Shown here: one piece after another, positions 16,628 through 26,168 of the stretch
Position numbering within the stretch: position 1 is the stretch's first letter
How the letters are laid out: each line of letters opens with the position of its first letter
NCBI GenBank assembly: GCA_965208505.1
Contig: OZ242339.1
Coordinates: 621,040-685,039 of the forward strand
Origin: Acidimicrobiales bacterium
GTDB taxonomy: Bacteria > Actinomycetota > Acidimicrobiia > Acidimicrobiales > Bin134
Direction of reading: 5' to 3'
DNA length: 64,000 nt
Position numbers and translations under genes: made by a program
Notes under the pieces: generated by a model
What the model was told of the DNA's origin: nothing
Seen by the model: only the letters and a program-made list of their open reading frames with translations
Databases searched by the model: none

Positions 16628-19051
16628 ATGACCGCGGGGATCGACCAGGGCGGCGAACGGGCCGAGGGCGCGAGCGTGAACGAGGCTGTCCATATGCAGG
16701 CTTCCATCTTGTCCGGTATCCGGGTGGTGGACTTCTCAACCGGGGTGCCCGGCCCCTATGCCACCAAGCTGCTGGCCGATGCCGGGGCCGACGTCATCAA
16801 GGTGGAGGGGCCTGGCGGCGACCCGGTGCGCCGCTGGTCGGCCACTCGGGCCGAGTTCGAGGGTGACAGTGCGCTGTTCCAGTTGCTCAACGCCTCCAAG
16901 CGGGGCATCGTCGGTGTGCCGGGAGACGATGAGGTCGAGGAGCTGGCGGCTACTGCCGATGTCGTGGTGGAGTCGTTCCCCGCCGGGTCGGGGATCGGGC
17001 GGTCCTGGGCGCAGCGCCATCCCCATCTGGTGGTGCTGTCGGTAACGCCCTATGGACAAGACGGGCCGTTGGCCCAGCACCCGTCCACCGAGTACACCGT
17101 GCAGGCCCAGTGCGGGGCCATTGCCTGTCGGGGGCGGCCTGACCAGCCCCCGATCCACGCCGGAGGGGGCATTGCGGAGTGGACGGCTGGGGCCTACGCC
17201 GGTCCCCCGGTCCTCTCCGCGCTGCTGCGGGCCCGGCGCACCGGGCGCGGCGAGCACATCGACCTTGCGGTGGCCGATGTTATGGGCATCGCCGCCACCA
17301 CGTTCACCGACCTGGCCCACTCCATGCGGGGAGGCGGCCATGAATTCGACCGGGTGGCCCGGTCGGTGGAGGCGCCGTCGATCGAGCCCGCCCTCGACGG
17401 CTGGGTGGGGTTCAACACCAATACCGCGCTTCAGTACCAGGGGTTCGTGCTGATGATCGAGCGGCCCGACCTCATCGACACCGAGTGGAGCCAGATAGGG
17501 GAGCGAGCCACCCGCCTTGACGAGTGGAATGCCATGGTCCACCCGTGGACCTCCCGCCACTCTGTGGCCGAGATCGTCAAGGCGGCCTCCGATCTGCGGG
17601 TGCCGGTGGCCGAGGTGAACGACGGCCGCTCGGTGCTCGACAACGAGCAGTTCGCGGCCCGGGGCGTGTTCGTTAGCAACCCCGGCGGGTTTCTCCAGCC
17701 CCGGCCGCCGTATCTGATGGACGACGGCGGCGAGCGTCGACCGGCCATGCCCGCGCCCCGGTTGGGCGAGCACACCGGCACTGTGGAATCTCGCCCCCAG
17801 CCCGTGCCGTCGTCTCCCGACGCCGATCCTGATCTGCCGCTGGCCGGCATCAAGGTGGTGGACCTCACCAGTTGGTGGGCCGGGCCGTCGGCCACCGGAA
17901 CGCTGGCCATGCTGGGCGCCGATGTGGTTCACATCGAGTCCACTGGCCACCCCGACGGGATGCGCATGACCGGGTTCATGTTCGGCACCGAGGACTGGTG
18001 GGAGTGGGGTTCGATGTTCGTGGCCATCAACCACAACAAGCGGGACCTGACGCTCGACTTGGACACCGAGGCGGGCATGGACCTGCTGTGGCGGCTCATC
18101 GAAGAGGCCGACGTGGTGGTGGAGAACTTCTCCCCCCGGGTGGTGGAGAAATGGGGCTTGAGCTCAGAGGCCGTCTCGGCTCGCAACCCCCGGGCGGTGT
18201 TCACCCGCATGCCCGCCTTCGGGCTGAGCGGGCCGTGGCGGGATCGGGTGGGGTTCGCCCAGACCATGGAGCAGCTCACCGGCATGGCCTGGGTCACCGG
18301 GCACCCCTACGACCAGCCCCGCATCATGCGAGGCCCGTGCGACCCCATTGCCGGGATGCACGGTGCATATGCCGCGATATTGGGCTTGGCGGTGCGGGAG
18401 CGAACCGGGCGAGGGGTGTTCGTGGAGTCCACGATGGTGGAAGCCGCGCTCAACTGCTCGGCTGAGCAGATCGTTGAGTACACCGCCTACGGCAACTTGA
18501 TGGAGCGGGCCGGCAACCGTAGCCCTTACGCTGCACCACAGGGGCTGTATCCCTGCCGGGGCCACGAGCAGTGGCTGGCGCTGGCCGTGGCCACCGACGA
18601 GCAGTGGCAGGCGCTGGTGGAGGTGCTGGGGTCGCCCGAGTGGGCCGACCGGCCGGAGTACGCCACCGACGACGGCCGCCGGGCGGGCCACGACCCCATC
18701 GACGAGGGGCTACATGCCTGGGCTGCCGAACAAGATCTGGATGAGGCCGTAGCCCGGCTGGTGGGAGGGGACGTTCCTGCCGCCCCGGCGTGGGATCCCC
18801 GCCTCCAGCACGAGAATCCCCAACACGCCCATCGGGGCCTGTTCGAGATGGTCGAGCATCCCGCGGTGGGCACCCACCCCATGCCGGGGATGCCCTATCG
18901 GTTCGCCTCGGTGGACCGCTGGATCACCTCACCGTCGCCCACCCTGGGCCAGCACAACCACGAGATTCTGGGCGAGCTGGGCCTGTCGGGCGACGAGATT
19001 GCTGCCCTCGAGGCCAATGGCGTCATCGGCACCCGTCCCGAAGGGCTTTGA
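16628..19051 (+). CDS. Two-domain CaiB/BaiF family III CoA transferase
   Basis: Two copies of L(S/A)GI(R/K)VVD...(A/L)GADV; ADVVVENFSP. Confidence 0.9.
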   Translation: MTAGIDQGGERAEGASVNEAVHMQASILSGIRVVDFSTGVPGPYATKLLADAGADVIKVEGPGGDPVRRWSATRAEFEGDSALFQLLNASKRGIVGVPGDDEVEELAATADVVVESFPAGSGIGRSWAQRHPHLVVLSVTPYGQDGPLAQHPSTEYTVQAQCGAIACRGRPDQPPIHAGGGIAEWTAGAYAGPPVLSALLRARRTGRGEHIDLAVADVMGIAATTFTDLAHSMRGGGHEFDRVARSVEAPSIEPALDGWVGFNTNTALQYQGFVLMIERPDLIDTEWSQIGERATRLDEWNAMVHPWTSRHSVAEIVKAASDLRVPVAEVNDGRSVLDNEQFAARGVFVSNPGGFLQPRPPYLMDDGGERRPAMPAPRLGEHTGTVESRPQPVPSSPDADPDLPLAGIKVVDLTSWWAGPSATGTLAMLGADVVHIESTGHPDGMRMTGFMFGTEDWWEWGSMFVAINHNKRDLTLDLDTEAGMDLLWRLIEEADVVVENFSPRVVEKWGLSSEAVSARNPRAVFTRMPAFGLSGPWRDRVGFAQTMEQLTGMAWVTGHPYDQPRIMRGPCDPIAGMHGAYAAILGLAVRERTGRGVFVESTMVEAALNCSAEQIVEYTAYGNLMERAGNRSPYAAPQGLYPCRGHEQWLALAVATDEQWQALVEVLGSPEWADRPEYATDDGRRAGHDPIDEGLHAWAAEQDLDEAVARLVGGDVPAAPAWDPRLQHENPQHAHRGLFEMVEHPAVGTHPMPGMPYRFASVDRWITSPSPTLGQHNHEILGELGLSGDEIAALEANGVIGTRPEGL

Positions 19052-19143
19052 TCCTGGCCTGCTCCGCCGGCCGCAGGGAAAGCGCTGCCTTCGACCACTC
19101 TGAATGTAGCCGTCTGTGGACATCAGGGCTGTTGTAAACGTTT

Positions 19144-19177
19144 CTATTCAAAATTGTTGTTATTGTATTTTGAATAG
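19144..19177. promoter_or_regulatory. Inverted-repeat operator of hipBA
   Basis: CTATTCAAAAT-N12-ATTTTGAATAG, perfect 11-bp arms just upstream of hipB. Confidence 0.65.
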
Positions 19178-19196
19178 GAACATATACAGTGATGTC

Positions 19197-19562
19197 ATGC
19201 GCAGACACTCCCAACTCCGGTCGCCCGGCCAAATCGGACGCATTCTCCGCGAGCGCCGCGCGGAGTTAGGATTTTCCCAGGACGAAGTCGCTCGTCGGGC
19301 CGGGGTATCGCGTCCATGGCTGAGCGCGGTGGAGAACGGCAAGACGTCTTCGCAGATCAATGAACTGTTACGCCTTGCCGATGCCCTGGGACTCGCCTGG
19401 GAACTGGCTCCTCGGAGGATGACCTCGATCGAGCAGGCAGAAGCCCAGCGCAGGGCCGCGTTCGCCCAAGCTGGGGCAGCGGTGGCGAAGAAGACCCGTT
19501 TACGCAGGCGACAACGACGGTCTGAGCAATACACCGCACCTGAAGGGATGCCCATTGGGTGA
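19197..19562 (+). CDS. hipB: HipB-like XRE antitoxin
   Basis: LGFSQDEVARRAGVSRPWLSAVENGK HTH; overlaps hipA start. Confidence 0.85.
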   Translation: MRRHSQLRSPGQIGRILRERRAELGFSQDEVARRAGVSRPWLSAVENGKTSSQINELLRLADALGLAWELAPRRMTSIEQAEAQRRAAFAQAGAAVAKKTRLRRRQRRSEQYTAPEGMPIG

Positions 19563-21042
19563 AAGCGATGAATTGGCCGTGCTCTTGCACGACGTGGAGA
19601 TCGGACGACTATTTCGCGCCATAGACGGTGCTGGGTTTGCCTACAACAGCAATTATATGGATGAGGGAGAGGTCCCGCTGTCGCTGTCTATGCCGCTACG
19701 CGGCGAACCGCCCAGCACGGCAAGGGCAACTGCCTGGATGAAGGGACTGTTGCCCGACAATCCCGACACTCGGGAGATCATGCGCCGCGAGACGGGGGCG
19801 CGCTCGTCGGAACCGTTCGACCTGCTGGCAACCCGAGCAGGGCACGACTGCGCGGGAGCGGTCCAGTTCTGCCACCCCGAGGAGATCAGCAGCCTTAGCG
19901 GGCGGAGGCGGGCGGTGGCATGGCTGTCGAGTGGTGACATGGCAGAGATTATGGACCTGCTTGTAGCCGGACGTGCGCTCCCCAATAGCCTGCCGGGAAC
20001 CAGGGAGTTCACTTTGGCGGGATTCCAGTCGAAGATCGCTCTTTGCTGGGACGCTGAGAAGGGTTGGGGGATGCCGCTGCGGGGACAGCCGAGCACCCAC
20101 ATCCTGAAGCCGACCATCCCTCGGGCTTATCTGCCCGACCAGGCCGTCGTGGAGCACCTGACCCAGAGGGCCGCAGACGCACTGGGCATCGCGTCGGCAT
20201 TCACCGAGATCGAGGAATTCGGAGACATCGTCGCGATCGTCGTCACCCGGCTCGACCGCCGACAGTCCGAGGACGGTGTCGCCCGTCTCCACCAGGAGGA
20301 CATGTGCCAGGCGATGGGTTTGCCGCCCGAACTGCGACGCGAGGCGGCCAATGGCCCGAGTCCTCAGCAGATTGCCGACCTCATCTGGGCCAACAGCCGA
20401 CAAGCCAACCATGATGTGGAGCAGTTCTTTATGGCGCTTGCCTACAACTGGGTGATCGTCGGTACTGATGCCCACGCCAAGAACTACGGGATGCTGCTGG
20501 ACGATGCTGGTGCGGCACTGGCCCCGATGTACGACATGTGTGCATGGCTGCCATTCGAGCGGGACGGCTTCAATGACTGGGATTCTGTGGAGATGATGAT
20601 GCGCATCGGCCACAACTTCACGGTCGGCGCGGCGTCGGGAGAACAGGCGTGGGCCAAAATGGGCGAGCGGATGGGACTGGATGGAGACGAAGCCGTGGAC
20701 ATCGTTCTAGAAATCGCCGAGGACGTGGCCGCGGCGTTCGATGGGGCAGCCCAACAACTCCCTTCGGAGTTCCGCCGGCTGGCCACCGTTCAGCGGCTGT
20801 TGGACCGAGTGGAGGACAGGGGCCGGCAGTGCGGATTGCAGGTAGGTGAGGGCGGCACGGACGCGGGACCAGGCGAATGGAGAGATGAGGATCGCAGCAA
20901 CCTGACGGAATCGACTGTATCACCGGCTTCGCCAACCGCGCTGAGCGAGTGTGGGCGTATCGCGGAGCACTCTGGAGAGCCTTGCCGCTTGCTGCAAGGC
21001 CATGAAGGGGCTTGCAGCAGCACGAGCCGAGCGGGTTGGTGA
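19555..21042 (+). CDS. hipA: HipA kinase toxin
   Basis: LLPDN, LAGFQSKIAL, THILKP, RLHQEDMCQ, GTDAHAKNY, LAPMYD. Confidence 0.93.
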   Translation: MGESDELAVLLHDVEIGRLFRAIDGAGFAYNSNYMDEGEVPLSLSMPLRGEPPSTARATAWMKGLLPDNPDTREIMRRETGARSSEPFDLLATRAGHDCAGAVQFCHPEEISSLSGRRRAVAWLSSGDMAEIMDLLVAGRALPNSLPGTREFTLAGFQSKIALCWDAEKGWGMPLRGQPSTHILKPTIPRAYLPDQAVVEHLTQRAADALGIASAFTEIEEFGDIVAIVVTRLDRRQSEDGVARLHQEDMCQAMGLPPELRREAANGPSPQQIADLIWANSRQANHDVEQFFMALAYNWVIVGTDAHAKNYGMLLDDAGAALAPMYDMCAWLPFERDGFNDWDSVEMMMRIGHNFTVGAASGEQAWAKMGERMGLDGDEAVDIVLEIAEDVAAAFDGAAQQLPSEFRRLATVQRLLDRVEDRGRQCGLQVGEGGTDAGPGEWRDEDRSNLTESTVSPASPTALSECGRIAEHSGEPCRLLQGHEGACSSTSRAGW

Positions 21043-21114
21043 GCGCGGGTCGTTCAATATGGCCGTCAATGCGGTCAACACACCATAGGGAGGTATTAGT
21101 GGGAAGATGACGCG

Positions 21115-22053
21115 ATGCGAGCAGTGCGATGTGTCGACGGCCGGCCTACGACGGTTGAGGTAGCGCCCCCCGAAGGCGAGGGAGTGCGCATCAAGATGGC
21201 CTCGGCGGGGGTGTGCGGCTCCGATCTGCACATGCTCGAGTTGGGTATGCTCAACACCTTCACCATTGGCCACGAGTTCGCCGGCTGGCTGGACGACGGC
21301 CGCCCGGTGGCCATCGAGCCCATCCACGGCTGCGGTGCCTGCGATATCTGCCTGGCCGGCGACTACAACCGCTGCCCGATCACCCTGACCGACATCGCCG
21401 GCATCTCCCGCGACGGGGGAATGGCCGACGAAGTGCTCATGTGGCCCGAGGCCATTGTGCCTCTGCCGTCGGGGGCGGACGCCCGGGACGCATGCCTGGT
21501 GGAGCCGCTGGGCATCGCGGTACACGGCTTCCGCTTGGCCGGATTGCGGGGCGACATGCGGGTGGCCGTCATCGGCGGCGGCGCCGTAGGCCAGACCGCT
21601 CTGGCCGTGTCCCGCTTGGCCGGGTGCGAGACCGCAATCTCAGCCCGCCACGACGCCCAAAAGGAGGCCGCCGAGCGCCTAGGGGCCGCTCCGCTGACCG
21701 ATGAGCCCTACGACATCGTCGTAGAGGCCGCTGGTACCGCCTCAGCTCTGGCCGACGCGGCCAAGAAGTGCCGCCCCGGTGGAAAGATCGTCATCCTGGG
21801 GTCTTACTGGGATCCTGTCGAGATGCCCGGGATAGAGCTGAGCATGAAGGAGATCACCGTGGTCCCCTCCTCCATGTACGGCCGCTACGGCCCCACCCGC
21901 GACATGGATGTTGCCGCCGCCGCCCTGGCCCAGCTTCCAGAGCTCCCCGACGCCGTAATCACCCACCGCTTCCCCCTAGACGCCCCCGCCGAAGCCTTCG
22001 CCACCGCCGCCAACCGCGCCTCCGGCGCTATCAAGGTGGTGCTTGAGCCGTAG
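21115..22053 (+). CDS. Zinc-dependent alcohol dehydrogenase (MDR family)
   Basis: GVCGSDLH, GHEF, CGACDIC...C, GGGAVG. Confidence 0.92.
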   Translation: MRAVRCVDGRPTTVEVAPPEGEGVRIKMASAGVCGSDLHMLELGMLNTFTIGHEFAGWLDDGRPVAIEPIHGCGACDICLAGDYNRCPITLTDIAGISRDGGMADEVLMWPEAIVPLPSGADARDACLVEPLGIAVHGFRLAGLRGDMRVAVIGGGAVGQTALAVSRLAGCETAISARHDAQKEAAERLGAAPLTDEPYDIVVEAAGTASALADAAKKCRPGGKIVILGSYWDPVEMPGIELSMKEITVVPSSMYGRYGPTRDMDVAAAALAQLPELPDAVITHRFPLDAPAEAFATAANRASGAIKVVLEP

Positions 22054-22233
22054 CGCAGGTAAAAAAGGGGTGTTCGCGGTGCCGAACAGATTCGCCGCGA
22101 GATGGGTGGGACACTCCACCGCCGATCCAATCGTGGGCTGAACGGCCACCCAGCCGCCGGAAATCGGCCCTTGAGACCTCTAGCCCGGTCTTCTGCACTC
22201 GGTAGGGCAGACCGAGCGGGCCGAGAGAGTCGC

Positions 22234-24189
22234 TCAGCTGCCGGTGGCGAACTTCCCGGCGGGCGCGTCGGCCCGGCCGTCGCTGTTGCGGCCCCAGCAT
22301 TGGGCCGCGCCGTCAGCTCTGATCCCGCACGAGTACCGGGACCCGGCGGAGATGAGGGTGAACTTCCCGGCGGGCGCGTCGGTCTGGCCAAATGCGTTGT
22401 TTCCCCAGCATTGGGCGGTGCTGTCGGGTCTGATCCCGCACGAATGGAGCCCACCGGCGGAGATGGCGGTGAATTGTCCGGTGGGCGCGTCGGCTTGGCC
22501 GTCGCTGTTGTAGCCCCAGCATCTGATGGTGCCGTCGGTTCTGATCCCGCACGAATGAAAATCTCCGGCGGAGATGGCGGTGAATTGTCCGTCGGGCGCG
22601 TTGGTCTGGCCAAATGCGTTGTTTCCCCAGCATTGGGCCGCGCCGTCGGCTCTGATCCCGCACGAGTGAACATCACCGGCGGAGATGGCGGTGAATTGTC
22701 CGTCGGGCGCGTCGGCCCAGCCGTGGCTGTTGTTTCCCCAGCATTGGGCCGCGCTGTCGGGTCTGATCCCGCACGAATGGCTCCCGCCGGCGGAGATGGC
22801 GGTGAAGCTCCCGGCGGGCGCGTCGGCCCGGCCCTCGCCGTTGTAGCCCCAGCATTGGGCGGTGCTGTCGGTTCTGATCCCGCACGAGTGATGAGCACCG
22901 GCGGAGATGGCGGTGAATTGTCCGGTGGGCGCGTCGGCCTCGCCGACGCTGTTGTAGCCCCAGCATTGGGCGGTGCTGTCGGTTCTGATCCCGCACGAGT
23001 GAACATCACCGGCGGAGATGGCGGTGAATTGTCCGTCGGGCGCGTCGGCCTGGCCAAATCCGTTGTGGCCCCAGCATCGGATGGTGCTGTCGGTTCTGAT
23101 CCCGCACGAGTGAAGATCACCGGCGGAGATGGCGGTGAATTGTCCGGCGGGCGCGTCGGCCTGGCCGCCGCTGCTGTTTCCCCAGCATTGGGCGGTGCTG
23201 TCGGTTCTGATCCCGCACGAGTGAACATCACCGGCGGAGATGGCGGTGAATTGTCCGTCGGGCGCGTCGGCCTGGCCAAATCCGTTGTTTCCCCAGCATT
23301 GGGCGGTGCTGTCGGTTCTGATCCCGCATGTGTGCCAGGACCCGGCGGAGATGGCGGTGAAGCTCCCGGCGGGCGCGTCGGCCCGGCCCCAGCATTGGGC
23401 GGTGCTGTCGGTTCTGATCCCGCACGAGTGATGAGCACCGGCGGAGATGGCGGTGAATTGTCCGGTGGGCGCGTCGGCCTCGCCGACGCTGTTGTAGCCC
23501 CAGCATCGGATGGTGCTGTCGGTTCTGATCCCGCACGAATGGCTCCCGCCGGCGGAGATGGCGGTAAATTTTCCGGCGGGCGCGTCGGCCCGGCCCTCGC
23601 CGTTGAAGCCCCAGCATTGGGCGGTGCTGTCGGTTCTGATCCCGCACGAATGGCTCCAGCCGGCGGAGATGGCGGTGAATTGTCCGGCGGGCGCGTCGGC
23701 CTGGCCGCTCTCGTTGTCACCCCAGCATTGGGCGGTGCCGTCGGTTCTGATTCCGCATGAGTGATCAAACCCGGCGGAGATTGCCGTGGTGGTGTTGGCG
23801 GGTTGTTCGGTGTCCGCGGTTTGCTGGCACCCGCCGGGGACTAGGCGGGTGTCGATGTCGAACAGGCAGCGATAGGTGTTTAGCAGCGATTCCTGGGCGG
23901 CTATCAGCTCGTCGCGCTGTTCTTGCTTGGCGGCGCTGGGTTCGCCGTTAAACGGGGCGGGGCCTTCGGCGGGGCGAGCTGGTGCTCCGCCCGAGCAGCC
24001 GCCCGCCACCGCGGCGGTGTCGATGTCGAACAGGCAGCGATAGGTGTTTAGCAGCGATTCCTGGGCGGCTATCAGCTCGTCTCTGGCCTCGAGGTCGGCT
24101 GTGGTCTGCGCTCTGGCGGGCCCCGCCGCGACCAAAGCCGCCGACGCTGCCAAACACATGGAAACAACGACACGGGCCAAGCTGCTCAC
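22234..24189 (-). CDS. Secreted RCC1/BLIP-II-type repeat protein (14 repeats of 37 aa)
   Basis: Signal peptide ending ARA-Q; repeat FTAISAGxxHSCGIRxDxxxxCWGxNxxGxADAP. Confidence 0.88.
   Translation of the reverse strand: MSSLARVVVSMCLAASAALVAAGPARAQTTADLEARDELIAAQESLLNTYRCLFDIDTAAVAGGCSGGAPARPAEGPAPFNGEPSAAKQEQRDELIAAQESLLNTYRCLFDIDTRLVPGGCQQTADTEQPANTTTAISAGFDHSCGIRTDGTAQCWGDNESGQADAPAGQFTAISAGWSHSCGIRTDSTAQCWGFNGEGRADAPAGKFTAISAGGSHSCGIRTDSTIRCWGYNSVGEADAPTGQFTAISAGAHHSCGIRTDSTAQCWGRADAPAGSFTAISAGSWHTCGIRTDSTAQCWGNNGFGQADAPDGQFTAISAGDVHSCGIRTDSTAQCWGNSSGGQADAPAGQFTAISAGDLHSCGIRTDSTIRCWGHNGFGQADAPDGQFTAISAGDVHSCGIRTDSTAQCWGYNSVGEADAPTGQFTAISAGAHHSCGIRTDSTAQCWGYNGEGRADAPAGSFTAISAGGSHSCGIRPDSAAQCWGNNSHGWADAPDGQFTAISAGDVHSCGIRADGAAQCWGNNAFGQTNAPDGQFTAISAGDFHSCGIRTDGTIRCWGYNSDGQADAPTGQFTAISAGGLHSCGIRPDSTAQCWGNNAFGQTDAPAGKFTLISAGSRYSCGIRADGAAQCWGRNSDGRADAPAGKFATGS
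22250..23790. repeat. Coding tandem array of 111-bp units (14 copies, one with a 15-bp deletion); ends approximate
   Basis: Recurring ccccagcattgggc...tctgatcccgcacga...ccggcggagatggcggtgaa. Confidence 0.95.
23848..24081. repeat. Perfect 66-bp direct repeat (23848-23913 and 24016-24081)
   Basis: Encodes DELIAAQESLLNTYRCLFDIDT twice in the N-terminus of the RCC1 protein. Confidence 0.9.
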
Positions 24190-24245
24190 AGGCTGCCCAC
24201 CTTAACCTGAACCTGACCCCAACACACCCCACCGGTGGATTCAGG

Positions 24246-25025
24246 CTAAGTATCAAAGACCCACCCAGCGTGAAAAGTGCACGCTGAGAGCTTGATTTGT
24301 TTGACGGTGATTTTGGCGTCGGAGCGGTCGAGGGAGATGCGGGCGGCAGCGGGGTCGTCCTTATAGGGGCAGTCGATGGTGGGGCCGTCGGCGGCGAAGG
24401 CGTCGAGAGGGGCATCTTCGAGGGAGGCGAAGATGCCGGTGGGGATTTCAAGGAGTTGGTACTTGGTGGGGACGGCGGTGCGGTCGGGGCGGAATGCTCG
24501 GAGCATGATGATGGCGTCTACTGCGGATCGATATTGGCGGAAGAGCTCCAAGGTGTGGTCTCGCCTGGTCCTGGCATTTCGAACATCTTGGATCCATGCG
24601 GCTTCGGTGAGTTTGGAGATGTGCGCGGTGGTTTCGGACAACCTTTGGGCGGCGGTGGACTTCAGGGACAGTTTCCGCCCTTCACCATCATTGGATTGGA
24701 CCATCATGTCCACGAAGCGCTGGGTGGCGGATCCTGGTTCGTCAACTGTCCAGCCGACTGCTTCGCAGGCGTTGCGGAATGCGACTTCGAAGCCGACTAG
24801 GCCGAGAGGCTCAGTGGTGGTTCCATGATGAACCGAGATGGTGAGGCCGAAGTACTCGATCCAGCCAGGTGTCCGCCCCAGCCAGGTATCTGAGGCCTCG
24901 GCTTGGAGAGGGGAAGACAGTGAGTCGACGATCCTGCTGACGAACCTGACACCCATCGGGGTGAGGGCTTCAATGCTTGCCTTTAGACCGGCCTGGTCGA
25001 TGGATTGGTCGTATGGCTGGTTCAC
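24246..25025 (-). CDS. Type II restriction endonuclease, SmaI-like
   Basis: Colinear similarity to R.SmaI as I recall it (HH..T.PL...FE.AF, KLSLKS.AA..HISK, MLRAF, YQLLEIP, C..H..W.F); GTG overlaps the MTase stop. Confidence 0.72.
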   Translation of the reverse strand: MNQPYDQSIDQAGLKASIEALTPMGVRFVSRIVDSLSSPLQAEASDTWLGRTPGWIEYFGLTISVHHGTTTEPLGLVGFEVAFRNACEAVGWTVDEPGSATQRFVDMMVQSNDGEGRKLSLKSTAAQRLSETTAHISKLTEAAWIQDVRNARTRRDHTLELFRQYRSAVDAIIMLRAFRPDRTAVPTKYQLLEIPTGIFASLEDAPLDAFAADGPTIDCPYKDDPAAARISLDRSDAKITVKQIKLSACTFHAGWVFDT

Positions 25026-25972
25026 TCGGCAACTCGGCGCTCGATTAGATCGGCGTAGGTGGGGTTCAACTCGATTCCTGCCCAGTTTCGGCCGAGTTCC
25101 TGGGCGGCAAGCAGGGTGGTGCCAGAGCCGGCGTAGGGATCGAGGACGGTGTCGCCCGGCTGGCTCGTGATCTGGATGCAGCGGCGAGCCAGAGTAATCG
25201 GCATGACGGCTGGGTGGTCTTCGACGCCGCCAGCGTGTCTTTTTCGGGGTTCGGTGTTGATGTCCCACATGGTTCGGAGCCGGCGGCCGTTGGGGCCTTT
25301 TACCGCGGCTGTGTCGTAGTAGTAGTCCTGGTTCTTGGAGAGCAAGAACACCGTCTCATGAGATTTCGTTGGGCGGTCGGAGACAGACTCGGGGTGGGCG
25401 TTGGGCTTGTACCAGATGACTTCTGAGCGCAGCCACCAGCCCGCATCCTGGAGGGCGAATGCCAGTCGCCACGGAACGCCGATCAGGTCTTTCGGCTTCA
25501 AGCCCTCTGGAGTGGGAGGCCGAACCGCCATAGCCCGAGCCCGATTCTTGCGGTCAGGCGCCCGATATCTGCGATTTCCCGAGGTATAGGAGTCGCCCAC
25601 GTTCAGCCACACCGTGCCATCATCGGTCAGCACCCGGCGCACTTGGTCGAACGCCATGACGATGCTCTTGACGTATTCCCCCAAGGCATCGTCGCGCCCG
25701 ATCTGCCCCTCGGCTGAGTAATCCCGCAGCGACCAGTAAGGCGGCGATGTCACCACCGTCTGCACGCACCCATCTGGGAGCAATCCCAAGGCTTCGATCG
25801 CTGGGCCGCACACCAACAGGGGGCCACTCAGCTCATCCAGTGGACCATCAACCCCCACATCCAGTCGAGCATGCAGAGCTGGCGGGAGATTTGACGGAAT
25901 GGCAGCGGATTCGTTCCCAGCAAGAGGAATCTGGTGACCCTCAGTGCCCTCGGAGTTGCCTACTGAGCCCAC
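25022..25972 (-). CDS. Beta-class N4-cytosine DNA methyltransferase (M.SmaI/M.Cfr9I-like)
   Basis: VTSPPYW precedes LDPYAGSGTT; KPKDLIGVPWRLAFALQ. Confidence 0.9.
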   Translation of the reverse strand: MGSVGNSEGTEGHQIPLAGNESAAIPSNLPPALHARLDVGVDGPLDELSGPLLVCGPAIEALGLLPDGCVQTVVTSPPYWSLRDYSAEGQIGRDDALGEYVKSIVMAFDQVRRVLTDDGTVWLNVGDSYTSGNRRYRAPDRKNRARAMAVRPPTPEGLKPKDLIGVPWRLAFALQDAGWWLRSEVIWYKPNAHPESVSDRPTKSHETVFLLSKNQDYYYDTAAVKGPNGRRLRTMWDINTEPRKRHAGGVEDHPAVMPITLARRCIQITSQPGDTVLDPYAGSGTTLLAAQELGRNWAGIELNPTYADLIERRVAE

Positions 25973-26152
25973 AACACGACCCTACTTCCGCGCAGTGACA
26001 AATTCGGGGAACCCAGGCAGCCATCGAGTAGCTGTCCGCAGGGGTGCGGAAGCCCCGGCTCCCGTCCTAGTCGACCCTCTCTGTGTGGGTCCTCGGCCTG
26101 GCACTCCGGGGTGCGAAAGGGCTAGGGCAGGGCAGCGTGGCCCCGAGCGGAT

Positions 26153-26168
26153 ATAGCGAGTATGCTAT
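26153..26168. promoter_or_regulatory. Short palindromic TA operator candidate
   Basis: ATAGC-N6-GCTAT overlapping the toxin start codon. Confidence 0.45.

Noticed and set aside
21885-23768. Long Pro-rich (21885..23768 -) and Gly-rich (22102..23760 +) ORFs
   Set aside because: Alternative-frame shadows of the 111-bp coding repeat; the RCC1 frame has a signal peptide and recognisable motifs
22250-23790. Repeat array as a CRISPR array or DGR target
   Set aside because: Units are contiguous in-frame coding repeats without unique spacers; no cas genes, reverse transcriptase or template repeat in the window
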